Position numbers and translations under genes: made by a program. From Tilletiaria anomala UBC 951 (Eukaryota): 64,000 nucleotides of DNA. The stretch covers positions 372,001-436,000 of the forward strand of contig NW_013547020.1 of assembly GCF_000711695.1 (NCBI RefSeq), read 5' to 3'. This document shows, piece by piece, positions 39,355 to 53,300 of this stretch; within the stretch, counting starts at the first letter, position 1; each line of letters opens with the position of its first letter. The notes beneath the pieces were generated by a model. The model worked only from the letters and a program-made list of their open reading frames with translations. It ran no database searches and was not told the origin of the DNA.

Positions 39355-41068
39355 ATGGCAAAAAGAACCCCGCGGCGGCGTGTCTGCGTCTTCAACATGT
39401 TTGGTGACCGCTACCGGGCCCTCAAGAAGCCCTTTTCGCCGTAGCCGCGCGGATCGAGGACGCGTTCAAGAGCCTGGCCTTGTCGGTCTTGGCCGACAGC
39501 GATACAGCTGATGCCACGACAGCCACACCGACCTCTGAAGCTGCCGACCTACCGCCTACCGTTAGCCCCAAGCAAAAGTTTAACAGCGGAGCCATAGGCG
39601 CAGATGCAGGCCAATACGCAGGACCTGGCCGCGCTAGTGAACGTGTTCATTGGCACGGCTGCAAATAGCAACCCTGGAAACTTTCTTCCCTAACTTGTCA
39701 GTCCTTTTTGGAATTGCAAAAGTCGGGATCGATCTCGTCCAGCGTGAGTTCCATAACGCCGCCTTTTCGTTCTCGCTCCTTTGTCCGCTGACTGCATGAT
39801 CATCTCGCTGGGTCCGACCAGCAGGCAGGTTACGCACCCACGGGGCACAACGACGATGCGGCGCTTCCCGTCCGAGGCATGTCGCCGCTGCACGACTTGG
39901 GTACCCAGCTCATCCTCTTGCAGCTACGGGAAACTTTGAGAGGAGGCCGGTCGTGTGCCCTTAGGGCGAGTTCCACCTGTGCCTTACGACTCTGGACGCA
40001 TGCGAGCGCCTGCATAAGCCTGAGCACCGCTACGGCGAGCCAGGACTACTTACCGCGACGGTCAACAACAACATCGACGGAGTTGGGCAGCACGCGTCGC
40101 GCCGGTCTGCAACGCTACACGTTCCCCGCCAGCCTCCTCATCCAGTTCTCCTCTGCACCGTTCATCGTGCAGGACTGGACCAACGAGCTACCGGCTCCTG
40201 GAGCAGCAGCCAGATCCACTTTGGCATCGAGAACGGCTAGCTACTGCTCAGGGGCACGTACGACATGTACGGCAGCTAGCAGCTCGCTCGGCGGGAGCGC
40301 GTACACGTACCAGGCCCCTGCATCCTCCAACCTGCTCCACAACAACAAGCAGAAGGTTAGCCAGGCCGGCCTCTGGGCCGATAACTGCTTCGGCCAGGAC
40401 ACCAAGCTGCTGCGAGAGCAGTCGGCGCACCTGATCGGCTGTTAGCTTATCCAGAGCGGCGCGCTGTACTCGTTCGAGCACTGTCCCGAGAACAGCGCTG
40501 ACGACGTCGTCATCACCATCCGCTTCGGGCTCCCTTTCAATTCGACCACGCAGGAGTGTACCACGATTTCAACGCGCCGGCTGCGCGCGGCTAACTTGGA
40601 AGCGACGATCACAGAGTAGAAAAAGCAGAGTGTATGCGTTGGAGATGTGCCGCTTTCAGCACCCTGATCCTTCAGCCACCCTCTAAGCCAATGGCGACGC
40701 TCCTGCGCTTCCACCTGCTCGGTCTGTTCCCGGTGCCGTTGACTCGCAGATACCTCATCATCTCGCCCCTCCGCCCGCCCTATACCATCCACAACGATGA
40801 GCTCTGAAGCTTCACCGTCAACGTGACCAACTTCGACCCGGTGACGCTTGCCGAGAAGCTCCCCGCTGGCGCCAGGGTGCACGTCAAGGCCGTCCCCATC
40901 AATAGCAAGGTGCATTTATCGCCCTGCAAGAACCGCTTCAAGGAGCTGCTTCCCGGCAGCGACAACCACACGGCTGCCGCGCTCGATATGGTCGAAGACG
41001 CGGGCGCGGTTGACTCGTGGGCGCTTCGACGAGGACTTGCCGCCCCAGTCTTAGCACGGGGGCTTTAA
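39355..41068 (+). pseudogene. GH92 alpha-1,2-mannosidase pseudogene with a large internal deletion
   Basis: VNVFIGT..NPGNFLP* (TAA 39691), GIAKVGID, SPLHDLGT, STRRAGLQRYTFP, IRFGLPFNSTTQEC, then directly MATLLRFHLLGLFPV..YLIISP (TGA 40805) and VHVKAVPINSK. Confidence 0.8.
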
Positions 41069-41867
41069 CCACATTTATATTATTGTTGCCCTTCTTCCGT
41101 CCGTTGTCCACAGTACATGCACACATCCTGCGTCGCTTCGCTGCCCGGTACTTATAGCATACGGCTCACCCGCCTGTTGTAATACAGATCGTTGGTCATG
41201 TTTGGCTGAGTACATACCGGCATGGGACGAAGGCGTGCAAGAAGGCTGGCCCCAGCGTTCGACACTCCACGCAATGCCGTCAACGGAGACACAGGCGCAT
41301 GGCAGAAGCGGCCAAGAAGGTGACTTTGTATCTGCTGCTTATATAGTGACTTTCGGTCACCGCTCTAGCCGCTGCCACAGCGTGCGAGCCTACTTTGACG
41401 ATATAGTGTCGGGCGATGAGCCCTGGCCTTTGAGCTTCTTGACAGACTATGAGTTCAGAGTGGCCGCGTTCGCGCCTTCGCCGAGAAAAAATGCTAGCTT
41501 CACACTGCTCGAGAAGCTGAGGAATGAATTGTTGCAGCTTTGAAGGCTGATGCTCAAAGGTTGATGCGTTGATGAGTGAAGAGTCGATGACGGTAAGCTG
41601 GGAAAACGAAAACTTACATATGGTGGAGAAAAACTCTCGCGAGTGTTGTCGTATCATCGTCATCTATGACATAATCCTTCAATTACAACGTTCGAGGCTT
41701 CGTGCCTCATGCGTTGAGGCAAGTACATGTGCCTTCCTGGCTATCTTGCTCGACGACTGGCTGGTCTCTGAGCCACAAGATTGATCGATGGGGCTTGATT
41801 CCGGCTGGATACTGGTCAAGAGCAGCCAAATCTGCTACATTGTCTGGCATATCAACTGAACTGCGTC

Positions 41868-43992
41868 ATGGGCCATACGTCACGCGTCGTCCGCCGCCTA
41901 CAAGCTCGAACCCGCTCCGTGGCTTTGCCTACATTGCTCCACGTGCGACAAGCGGGCTTGGAGGAACAGAGTGTGTCGTACGCAAGACGTGGGTATGCAA
42001 AATCGGCAACAAATGGATCACTACTATCTCCTCTCCCGAAGGAACAGGGCAACTCTCGCGGGTCAGACCCAGCCCACCCATCCACATGGCGGCGACCTTT
42101 GCCGCTCGCAACTGCTCAGACACTGACGCTGTTCAGCACATCTCCAGAAGCATTGCTGATAGCTCTTAAGAGCACCGTGCAAGGCATGCTCAGCTCGATT
42201 GCACCGCCCGGGACGCTGCAAGGTCGGACTCAAGACCCTGCTAACCTTCGCTTGCAAAGCCAGCCTAGCAAGAAGTACGTCTTGCTTTTCGCCCTGAGCA
42301 AGGAGCTACCCCGAAATTTCTTATCCGAAGCCGTGTCGCTCCTCCGTGGTAGCAGTGGTACAGAAGAGGAAAAGCTTATCACCACGCGCCTGGGTCTCTT
42401 GTCGTCCTCCGTCCCTGCCTCGCTCATTCCACCTTCCGCAATGAATCCAAATGCACCACCTCTTGCTCCGCAGTCGACCATCTTCTCTGCTGCTCTGTCT
42501 TTGCTGCCTGCGTCGCATGTCATTCCTTTCCGAAGTATGATACAGGGCAAACAACCTGCGCAGGTGGGGAGGTGGCCAGAATCCAAAGAAAGCTGGAAAG
42601 ACAGTCGGGGAAAGCAAAAGCTCGAAGCGCTCAACGCAACGTTTAACGGTGTAGCAGCAGTTTCCTTGCGACCTTCATCATCAGGACAAATGCGCGCTTC
42701 ACCAGGGAACGCAACTAGCGACGCGACTGGCTGGAGGCAGCTGTGGGGCCGGGAGAATATCACAGGCGAGCTGCCGGCATCGTTAGAGACCCTCCGGCAT
42801 AACTTCGCCGGAGCCCCAAACCTATTATCCACCATCCTTTTCTCAAACACAGCCCCACAAGGACTGCTGGAGGGTCTTGACCTGCATTTCCCCCGGGCTT
42901 CTTGTGCTGGCGTCGTCGCCCCAGCCACCCCTTTCGAGACGGGGCGCGCGCAGACACTTTTTTTCAAAGATGCGGAAGCCGGGGTGGACGAGGTTAGCGC
43001 CGATGGCGCAGTTGGAATCGCCCTCGTAGCGGGAGGAGGAATAGAGGCGGGAGGAGCGAGCTTGAAAGTCGAGACCAAATTTGAAGGTCTAACGGAGTTC
43101 GGGCCGCGGAGAGCCATCACGGGCGCGAGGGGCAACATCATCAGCACGCTCGAGGGCGGCAACGCGACGCAGCAATTTTTACGAGACATTCAGCAAGCCT
43201 CGAAAAATCAGCAGCTGGCTACCAAGGAGGGAGCTACAATGGCACTAGCACGGGAAGGAATAGAAGGTGCTGAGCTAGCGCTTAAGACGGGCATGAGCAG
43301 GGACGAGGCGAGGGACATATCGAAAGGCATGAAAAAGGAAGATGAATTCTACCTTGGCGTGTTTGAGTGCAAGGAGGGCGGGCTCGTGAGTTGCATTTAT
43401 CTTCTTCTGTTTCTCGCGTATGCGTATGTTCACCTCTCCACCTAAATGGTCGGTTTGTTGCACAACCCAGCCGATCCTCCTAGCCCGTATCCTGTCCGGA
43501 TCCCCTTCCCGCGGCAGTCTGTCGCTCGATACAGACGTGGAGCTCGAGTCGGCATTCGGGTCCATGCCAACAAGGGAAAATGCCAAGCGCTACGTCCAAT
43601 TCTACCAGGCGGACCCATCAACAACGCGTGTGCAGTTCCCATCCGCACTCGACATCCCGGGTCTGAATCCGTCCGACTGGGCGAGTCCGCGATTCCTGTT
43701 CCTCACGCCCAGCCTCAACACGCTCGAATCTGGCGGCCCGTCTGGGCTGGGCCAGCAGGAGGGACAAGCACCAGGGCAGGCAACGAAGAGAAAGACGCAG
43801 GTGCTTGCGCTGCCGAACATGTTTGTCGCTGCCAGCGAGCGCGGCTGGATCAGCCGCAGTCGCAGCCTCGCACGCGGCTGCGAGGGGATAGAGACATCGG
43901 ACACAGCCTTACAGCAGCAGCAGCAACAAGCGCATGTGACCAACGTGCCTGGTAGCAGCGTGATGCTCAGCTTGGTTGTACAGGAAAGCTAG
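41868..43992 (+). CDS. Fungal FIST-domain-like protein, possibly mitochondrial; intron 43386-43470
   Basis: TPFETGRAQTLF, GAVGIAL, ITGARGNIISTLEG, EFYLGV, ILSGSPSRGSLSLD; Arg-rich N-terminus. Confidence 0.65.
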
Positions 43993-45668
43993 CCTAGCTC
44001 CAGTCCACCTTTGTTGGGACCAAGCAACAGTCCATTTGGTTCTTGCACAGGAATCGACATCCATACTTGATTGTTTTGTGAGCGAGATTAGATAAGCCGG
44101 GTTACCACGATCCTGCAAAGATCAGCGTGCCGCCAGGGCGGATCTAATGCTTTGCAACAATTTACGAGTCAGCAGCAACTTTGCCTCTCCATTCTGGGGT
44201 TACCGCGGTGAATTTAACAGAATTGTAGCCGAACATCACCTGATAAAGTGTTCACGGCGAATGGAGCAAGCCTGCTGGAGCACTCCAGCTCTGCAAGTGT
44301 CGGACCATTCACAACGAAAGTATCAAGTGCAACAGCCTCTGTTCATCTTCGGCTGCGTCGAGGATACCATGCGAGTGTTCGACATTGTCCATAGTGTGGC
44401 ATGAGAGAGTTGAGATGGACAAGGATCGCGGGTAGGACCATGCTCGCCGGCTTGTGTGTTTGCGTGTCTCAAACTCGCTCGTTTAGCTGCCATGAGTGTT
44501 TTTCCGGTGGATTGATCGCCGGTTGTGGTGCAAGCGTCAAGAATTGCAAGGTCATCTGATGATGCTCGCACCACCGATCGAAGGACCTCAATCGCATTCA
44601 CGCAACATGCTATGTAATGCTCATGTCAAACCGACTGTGCCAGAACTTCCACAGCCCCAGTATGTAGGTATGTATACCAACGGAATTGGAAGGAATAACG
44701 GACGCCGAAAAACGGACCGCTTCAGTCACCTCCCATGAAAGACTGTCTCGCCTCGCGTCACGGTCGTCTCGCGACACCTAGCTGAATCTCAGGGAGGCCT
44801 ATACCGACAACCGGGTTCTTGAAATGCATACTCAGATTCGCACTTTAGATTTCAGACATTCCCATTTGAGCTCCTTTCCGTGCCCAAGGTAGGCGAGTTG
44901 GCTCATCACCGCATGAAACGCGTGTGATGTGGATATGTAGAACCGGAGTAGGGTCGATTGGAGTGAGGGTGATGATGCGATCGGAGATCGCCGGCGGCCC
45001 CTTCGCTCCCGATTTTGATTTCTGGCACTGCGACAAATGTGTGGATCACCCGACGTAATCTTCATGTACGCAACCTCTTGTTACATTGCCAGGAGTGCCC
45101 TGCGAACACTCTCCATCTTTCGACCATCTGCACACACCCGTATCCCTGTCGACCGCTCCTCGGACAGGTTGAGCATCTGAGTCACAAGGACCTGTTTTCT
45201 AATTCTAGACTTACGAGCGCTCCCTGCCTTGTCCGCGCACCCCTGTGGGTTGCATTTCCGCGTCTCCCTCAACGCCATTACGACGTGCGACCCCTGCGAG
45301 AATCTGCGGCAAAAGCGACCATCCCAACCTGCCCATTTCAACGTCCCAAATCAATTGGAATCCAGCGAGGCTCGCAATTATAGAAACCAGGAGTGCGGTT
45401 CATCCAACCTCAGTCCTATCTTTCGTTCCGGTCACCTCAAACGTTGCTCCGCTCTGACGAAAGGTCGGGGCTCGGGGCTTACGCATCGTCTTTACCGCTC
45501 TCATCTCCATGTAGGTCACATTGCACTTGAGGAGAACCTTTGTCTCAGGCCGACGTATGCCCTTTTATTTCGCCTCCGCCTAGATGCAAGCAGCTGTAGC
45601 GCGATCTTAGGCATGAGGTCCTGACTCGGCAAGCCTAAGCAGGCTGAGACGCCCAACAACGCAACAGG

Positions 45669-48600
45669 ATGCACATCCTAGCTACCCAGACCGCAGCTCT
45701 GCCGCCTTCGGCCAACACCAACGGCGCCATCGAGGTTATCACTCAAGACCATTTACCTTGCCCGACGAGTGCGCTAGAGGGCAGCATCCGCTGCGGAGGC
45801 AGTGACGAAGAACGGAAGCGATTCAACTATCCACCGCGTCATAGTTCGCGTGGGCACGATCTGTCGGCAGACGATGGCGAAGGAAAGGGCTCGCGGTGCT
45901 CTGTCCGAAAGGATGAGCGGCAGAAGATATATCTGCAGCCTAAGGTTCAGGTGACTACAGCTGCAGGGAGCCTAGGGAAACGGAGTAGCCAAGGCTTCAA
46001 CAGCCAGGCCCATCGCGTTGGGCCGAGTTTGTGCGGCAGTATTGCTAGCAGCATCGACCGGGAGAAAATAGGCCAATTTCAGTCCCAAGCTGGGGTCGGG
46101 TTCCAATCCTGCAACTTGGACAACTCAGAGCAAAATATACACGACCCTAGTGCACTTGGCGGTCGGCAGCCCGTTACGTGGGCAGACGACGAGCAGATCA
46201 CAGACAACGACCAGGCTAGCGCCTCACGCAGCGCCAGCATCTGCGGACGCTTCAGTACGTTTGAATGCGAGGATTTCGGCACGCCACGCCGCATCGGAAA
46301 GAGCAATAGCAGCAGCAGTGGCAACCGCAACCGCAGGGAGCAAAGTCGAGGGGCCAACAGGACGGCGCGAGCTGGTGATCCCCAAGAAGAGGCCTACAGC
46401 GGCGAGGATACTGGTGCTACTAGCTCAATTCGCGAGCTGCCCCTCGAACTTGAGGACAAGTGTCGCAGCGAGGAGCTACTTGCTGGGAACCATGCCAACT
46501 CTGGCGCCAAGATCAAGCCGTGAGTGTTATATTATATCTGTGCTGGACTTGTGGAGGCGCTCGCTCACAAGCCGATCTATTTCAGCATGTCACACCAGTC
46601 GAAACGCTCAGCAGCCGCGCACACCTCGGCAGTCGACGAGGACGACGTTCTCGAAGAAGGGGCCAAGCTCGAGGAACAACATGCGGCCATGACCAGCTCT
46701 CGAGCTGCCGCCGCTTCCGCAGCTACACCAACATACAAGCACCTTGACAAGCCACTTCCTGCGCTTGATTCTAGGACCAGTTCCGATCGCATGAGGACCA
46801 TTCGAGCCATTGATCTCGGCGGATATGTTCCCCGTCCATCGACGAGTGAAGATCAGCGCACCGGGAGTACGTCGCTGTCGAGCTCAAAAAGGCGTGCAAG
46901 GGACGCCTCGGTCACTACTACGATAACATCCTTGGGGAGTGCAATGGGAGAAAAAGGCACACTTGCGCACCCGCAACGCAGACATGATGGAACGACACGA
47001 AGGTCTCCAGCCAAACATTGCCAAGGGCCAGAAAATGAGACCAGCGAAGATGAGGGGAGTAATAATGTTCCTTCCACACTTAAGAGGACGGCTCCCAAAA
47101 GGACACCACCTAGAAGTCGTCTTCCGACTTTCCGGGTGCAATGTACAGCTGCGAGCGTCGGGTATTCGTCCAGCGGCAAGTCTGCGGCCAGCGAAGTGGC
47201 GCAGGGCTCGAGTCCTGCAACTTCGAGTTCTGATTTGACGCATGCTGGACCCAAAACAAGTGATTATGCGACAACAGGCATTCTGACGAAGAACTTGAAG
47301 AAAGTCATCGTCACAAATTCGTCTCATCTGCTGCTTCCGTTCAAAGGGCCTACATCGTCAGACCAGCCTTGGATCGAGGCCCCGGAAAGTTCTTTGGCAG
47401 CAGCGAGCAAAGAAAGTCTTCCCTCATCTGCACCGATTGCAGCCCAGTTCAGCTACTCTTTAGCGCCACCTGCGAGCAACAGCTGCTCGCCAATGCCGAT
47501 GCCTGGGGGGACTCGCTTGTCTGCGTTGAGCGAAACACGTGGTTTTTTGCCCGTTTCCACGTCCACAGGCTCGTCTGGTGAGGTTGATCCACGCAAAGCA
47601 GGCAACAGCTTCTCCGCTCTACGCGTGCCGACTGCACCGAGATCATCCAAACATGCCGACTCCTCCATTGGCCTGGCCTACTCCTCGAACTCTGCACCCT
47701 CGGCGCACAGCACGTTCCTCTCGCCTCCCAATCCTCTGCGCTTCTCCAACGCCTCAATACATTCTTCCTTCTCGCGCATACTCTCGCCTGCCCTGTCAGA
47801 GAACAGGAGCAGCGCGTCTCAGCGCTTGCAGCGGACGACTACACCGTCGACTACGCCGTCCAGCGCTGCCGCTACGCCAGTGCCGCAGGCGGCCACAAAT
47901 ACGCCCCCCTCCTTCTCTACTGCTGCCAGCGGCCAGAGACACTTGTTCGTGTCTCTGCAAACCGTAGGAACCTTTCGCCGGTCGAGCTCGAAGGCAGGCT
48001 TGACGGGTGCAGGCGGCATCTCGGCACCTGTGCGCAGCACCTCGCACGCATCTAGCGTGCCCACATCTGCAGATCGTGAGAAGGACCTGCCGCCGCGACC
48101 GAAATCGGCGCTAGCGGGTTTCTTCACCAGGTCCGCATCTGCTCGCTCGTCGAGCCCAAAACCCACGCCGGAACGCCTACGTTCACAGACCGCTCTCGGC
48201 GGCAGACTCAAAGGTCTCACAATCCTCAGATCGTCTTCCGCTTCTAGTTCTTCTTCTCCGCTTCCAGACTCTGTCAATGGCCGTGGGCACCTGAGCGCTG
48301 CGCCTGGTAGGACTCCCAGCATCGGTCAGGCTGAACATCTGGGCGATGTCGAAGCGAAAAGCGACTCCACGATGCAGCTGAAGAGTAGTGGCACTGGCAA
48401 AAAATCATCAGGACGGACACAGAAACGGTCAGCGACACCGCCTCAGCAACAACTGAGTGATGGAGGCGGCAGTGGCAGTGGCGACGGCGAGCGATCTCCG
48501 CGTAGACCAGCAGAAAGCGAGCATCAGGGGGAGTGCGAGAACGTACCCAGCTCTACATCCATGTTACCAGATTTCCGCAGGCTGATTCCGCGTCGCAAGA

Positions 48601-51101
48601 GCCTGCTCGAAGCCGTCTTCGAGCCATACGCGAAGAATGGAAGCAGTGCAAGCGAACCTGGTCACACGGCTCTGTCCGCAGAGGCCGAGCCCGAAATCTC
48701 GGCTGGTACCGGCCTTGGCCTTGGCCTCGAGATCGATACGCCTCCAAGCGGCGCTGCTACTTCAACATCTCCACCTCGCAGCTTTGCAAAGGTGGCGACC
48801 AGTGTGCGGCATCGTGGCAATTCTCATAATCTGCACGACACGCGTCCGGTTCTGTTTTCTTTGACCGTTGCAGAACTGCCAACCGAGTCGGCACTCGACG
48901 ACACCATGAGCGATGCCAGCCATAGCATGGATCACGAAAGCGTCATCGCAGATAAGTCGTCGCTCTCGCCTTCCTCCTCATTTTCGCACTCCAACACGGG
49001 GCATGCGCCTTCGCCGACATCGAGGCGACCCTCCCAACAAGGACATCTGCCTGCATCTTCGCGTCGCCTCTCTTTCGGAAAGAGCGGCTATTCGGTCTTG
49101 GACTTCGGCAACCGCAGCTCAGCACCAACATCGTCTCGCATGTGGTACTCAGAGCTTTCGTCTGACGATCGATCGGCTACGCTTTCGAGCTTCCTCCGTG
49201 GGTGGACAGACCGAGCATCTCGCTCGCGTGAGTCCTCTGCTCCCATCACTCCGCTGGAGCCGCTGTCTGCAGCGCCAAGCGAGAGCCATAGTGTGGACTA
49301 CAGCGTCTCTGCCAGTTTAGCGACATCTCCGGCGCTGGATGGATCTGCGCTCCAAATAGGCACCTCGGCTGGTTCGGCGAGGACCGATGAAGAGCCGAAA
49401 ATGACCCAGCGTGTTGATACCGCAGAGCCCATACCGCCGCGGGCGTCATCCATGTTGACATCGCGCACAATAGAGCGTCACACAGCCTCTCGATTGCCCG
49501 GCCTACCTCCTCCTCGCGCCCAGATCAACGTAGCCTTCGAAGTGGGAGAGGATCGCGCGAAAGTGGAAGGCTTTAATCGCAAGCCAGAGCCTTTGCCCGA
49601 GGCAGAGGCCAAATTTCGCGAGCCTACATTCAGCATGGCCGATGATGTCGAGTTTTTGAAAGCATTAGAAGAAGTGCGTCGGCGGCACAAGGTGCGATTG
49701 AAGCAGAACTTGCAAGCAGCACGAGACGATAAGAGCGAAACTGCCACCCGTGCTTTGCAGCCTCGTCAAGACTCTCGATCCCGCGCAAGTTCCGCTGAGC
49801 GCCCCTTGCCGCCCCCGCCGCAAGTGCAAAGGGCAGAACCTAGCAAGCCGCGACAACGCGCCAACAGCGCCAGTGCCAATTTGGGTAAATTCTTCTCTCC
49901 TCCCATGCTAAAGAGCCTTTCCAAGGCCGCATTCGACAAGGAGTCGGTGTTAGAGACCATTGAGCTGTTCCAGACACCTTTACAAGTTGGTCAAGCGGCG
50001 GGCAAGTCACAGAAGGGTGCATTTGACAATGATGATGACTGGAAGAAAGAAGTCAAAGCGCTATTTGGTGAGTTTGAACGGGCGCCACTTGCAAAAAGTA
50101 GGACCTGAATTCACTTTGACCCACTGTCGCAGTCATCCGCGAGCTGGTGCAGACGGAGCGTAGCTATGCGCGTCACTTGGAGAGCCTCATGCAGGCAGTG
50201 CGACGCTTGTCGAATCCTCAAATCGCCTCCGCCAAGAAGGATAGGCGCCTGAGTCAGTCTGAGGTGGTGGCCAGCCACATTTTGAGCTTGCGCACGCTTC
50301 TTCCGCAACTCATCGCAGTCAGCCGCGCCTTGGTCACTCGCATCGACGAAGACCCGACCGCTGCTGGCGTCGGTGCAACATTCCGTGTCGTGGCGGCACA
50401 ACTAGAGGCTACGTTTGTCGGCTGGAGCTTCACGGTCACGGACATCATGGAGGGCCTGCGAGCCAGCGATGCGCAGAAAAGCAAGTCCAAGGGCAAATTG
50501 GGCAAGGTGTATCTACTGCCTGAAACTACCAAGAACATCAAGACCATCCAGCATACGCGCTCGCCTTCGACTCCTTTGTCACTGGCCTCCGCGCAGAGCG
50601 ACCGCAGGGTCGAATCTCTTGCTCTCACACGGCCCTCCACGCCTACAAAGGCGCCTTCTGCTTTTGGCGACATCGATTCGCCTTCGGCGGACAGCGGTCC
50701 CAGCAGCAAAGGCATGGTCACTTCGCGGTCTGCTTCCTCGCTCGGTTTTGCGCCGCTCCAGGCCACTGCGCTTGGTCGTCGAGCTTTAGGTGCAGTGCGA
50801 AAGAACCATGACACCCCTCCATCGTCCCTCAATTCGAATGGATTAAAAGGGCTCAGTCCGCTAGACATCGTTATTATGCCGTGAGCCTATGCCTTTCTCC
50901 TCTCCTGCTTCACGCTCTTGTGCTGACCCTGTCCCCCCACGCAGTACCCAACGTATACCCCGATACCTTTTGCTGCTGCGGGACCTGCAAAGCAACACTC
51001 CCGTGGATAGCCTTTCCTACCTGCGCTTAGAGAGAGCATTAGACATTGTCCGGCGCGTCGCCGAGCTGTGCGACGAAGCATCGCATAACTATGCAGAATA
51101 G
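45669..51101 (+). CDS. RhoGEF: C-terminal DH domain after a very long Ser-rich disordered region; exons 45669-46519, 46586-50067, 50133-50880, 50945-51101
   Basis: VIRELVQTERSYARHL and LDIVIMP^TQRIPRYLLLLRDL are DH conserved regions; no PH domain follows; the first exon is less certain. Confidence 0.8.
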
Positions 51102-52578
51102 AGCGTTGCTTGACTCTCAGAAGCTGCAACCGACCGTGCTTGTATTCTTAAACTATTCGACTGAGGAGCATCTCTGCGAAAGATATATGCTACAGAGTAC
51201 AGCACCATCGCAACCTCGAGATAAGCCCATGGAAGTTTCAAGCTGGTCACGTATATGTCTGGTCTCTCTCGCGAGTGCTCGCTAAAGCAATTCGCAAGAC
51301 GAAAGTGCGGGGGGAGAATGTGTACGTACCAGGGTGATAGAGGATAGGTGATGATCGGTCGTGCGGCTTGATGGATTCCCCTGAAATGATGAGGAGCGTC
51401 AGCAGTAATCGCCGGTGCTTCCTTTTCACCTGCGCCGAATTATCCATCCATCCGATTTTTTTCATCCCAAGAAATCGTGGTGTGGTGAGCCGGCATCGCA
51501 AAGCATCAGACGCAGCTCAAAGCTAGAAAGGAGCCTCGTTCTGGCATGAAGCATGCGAGACTGTCCCAACTTAACGGGCGCAAGAATGAAGAGGCTTGCA
51601 GCCGTAGTGACGAAGTTTGAGCTTCTAAGGACCACTGATAAGTTTACCAATGTGCATGCACTTCCCTGGTGAGAGATCAACAGGTCAAAAACCGCTCTTC
51701 AGTGGTCCGATCGTTACACCAAGGGACGGAAATACAGCTATTCCAGAATAGGCTGGAAGCGTTTCAAGAAAGACTTAGTAACTCCAAAGAGTGGACATGG
51801 AGGATCCATCATTCATCACTCCAGGTTTCAGATCTCTCGATGGATCTGCGTAGCGCAGCAACTTCCGACCATCGAAAACGATATGATCCAGCTCGTATGT
51901 GGAATATCCTCGCGGTTCCTTCACGTGTACACATATGGGTTCCGTGATTCCATCTCTGTCGCTCTTGAAGCCCTCCCAGCACATCTTGTATCCTTGCATT
52001 TCCGTATGTAGCGTGATGCATCGACCAGAACCACTGGTGCATGTATCGGCTGTCCAATTTAACTGCAACAACAAGCAAATTCGATTCTGAGGATAGGAGC
52101 TTTCAGCAGCTCAGAGGACTACCGAGCGTGGACAGGGGAGTGCGGATTTCAATTTGCAGATGAGTGATCTGCATGATCACCGGATCATGGCTAAATGAAT
52201 GAATGTGAGGTGATTGAAGGCAGTACCATCGAGATTGGCGCCGTGGCTGTTGGTGTCTCTCAGCGTCAGGCAGCGAAAAGCCAAAGAGACGGCCGCGGAT
52301 ATCCGCGGACTAGGCACGGCCAGACTGGCTCAGCTGCTGTCATATCATAAACGAGTGGCCCACGCACAAATATATATATGCCTTGCTTCTTGGAGGAGGG
52401 AGTGTATGAGAAGCCTAAGAACCCCTGACTATCCGTTGTCCATACGAGCATTTGAGCAAGGATGCGAACTTGGCGTTCGTTGCATCTTACCTCGTCGATC
52501 TTTCGTTCAAAGCATGCATCCGCATTGACATACAAGGCCAAACAGAAAGCAGAAACAGGTCCGGAATATGGATCAAAG

Positions 52579-53211
52579 ATGGCTCAGGCGGGTCCTCTCA
52601 TACCTTCTGTCCCGCTGAGACTGGGACTGCCGCGAAATCTCGTCGCATTCCTTCTTCACCGGCGCAGATGAAACTCCCCACGTTGTTCCGGTTCGAGCTG
52701 CAAGTCGACACCCCGCTCGGCGTCGGCAAGATGCCTGCCGGCAACCGCATGTTCCTCGACGTGCTGGGCGGAAGAATGAAAGGTCTCGACTTTGACAGTG
52801 CCGTGAATGGCTCTCCCGGTCATTGGGCCCTGGTGAGAGAAGACGGGTGCAACAAGTTCAACATCCGGGGTCACTGTAAGGGCCAGAAAAAGGGCGATGT
52901 ATGGTACGAACTATGGCCATCTGGAGGGGTTTGACTGGGTCATGAGAGGCGCATGCCTCTCGAACGAGGAGACTGGCTATTGAAGGTTTAACAGGAGGTC
53001 CCGGTTTTCGTACCCATATGCAGTCCTGACGAAAGCGCCTCACGCAAAAAGTCCAACCGTTCGACTCACACAAGTATCGCGTGGGAATGCAGATTGAGCC
53101 TAGCTCTCAGATGTTCACATGGGTCAACAGGTCTATTTTTGTTGGCTTTTCGCATTTGACGCACGCAAAAAAGGGACCACCTTCATCTATGAAATTTCCA
53201 AAGCAGAATAG
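52579..53211 (+). pseudogene. Probable DUF3237/UPF0311 beta-barrel pseudogene
   Basis: VGKMPAGNRMFLDVLGG, HWALVREDG, YRVGMQIE...FTWVNRSIFVG; interrupted by TGA (52932-34), TAA and a 3' frameshift. Confidence 0.6.
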
Positions 53212-53300
53212 TTGCAAGTGCAACAGCGAATTCAGATGAGGTCGGCAATTTCCTGGTTCGTGTGTACAAGCGATGATATTGGCACAATTACATTGACAGA

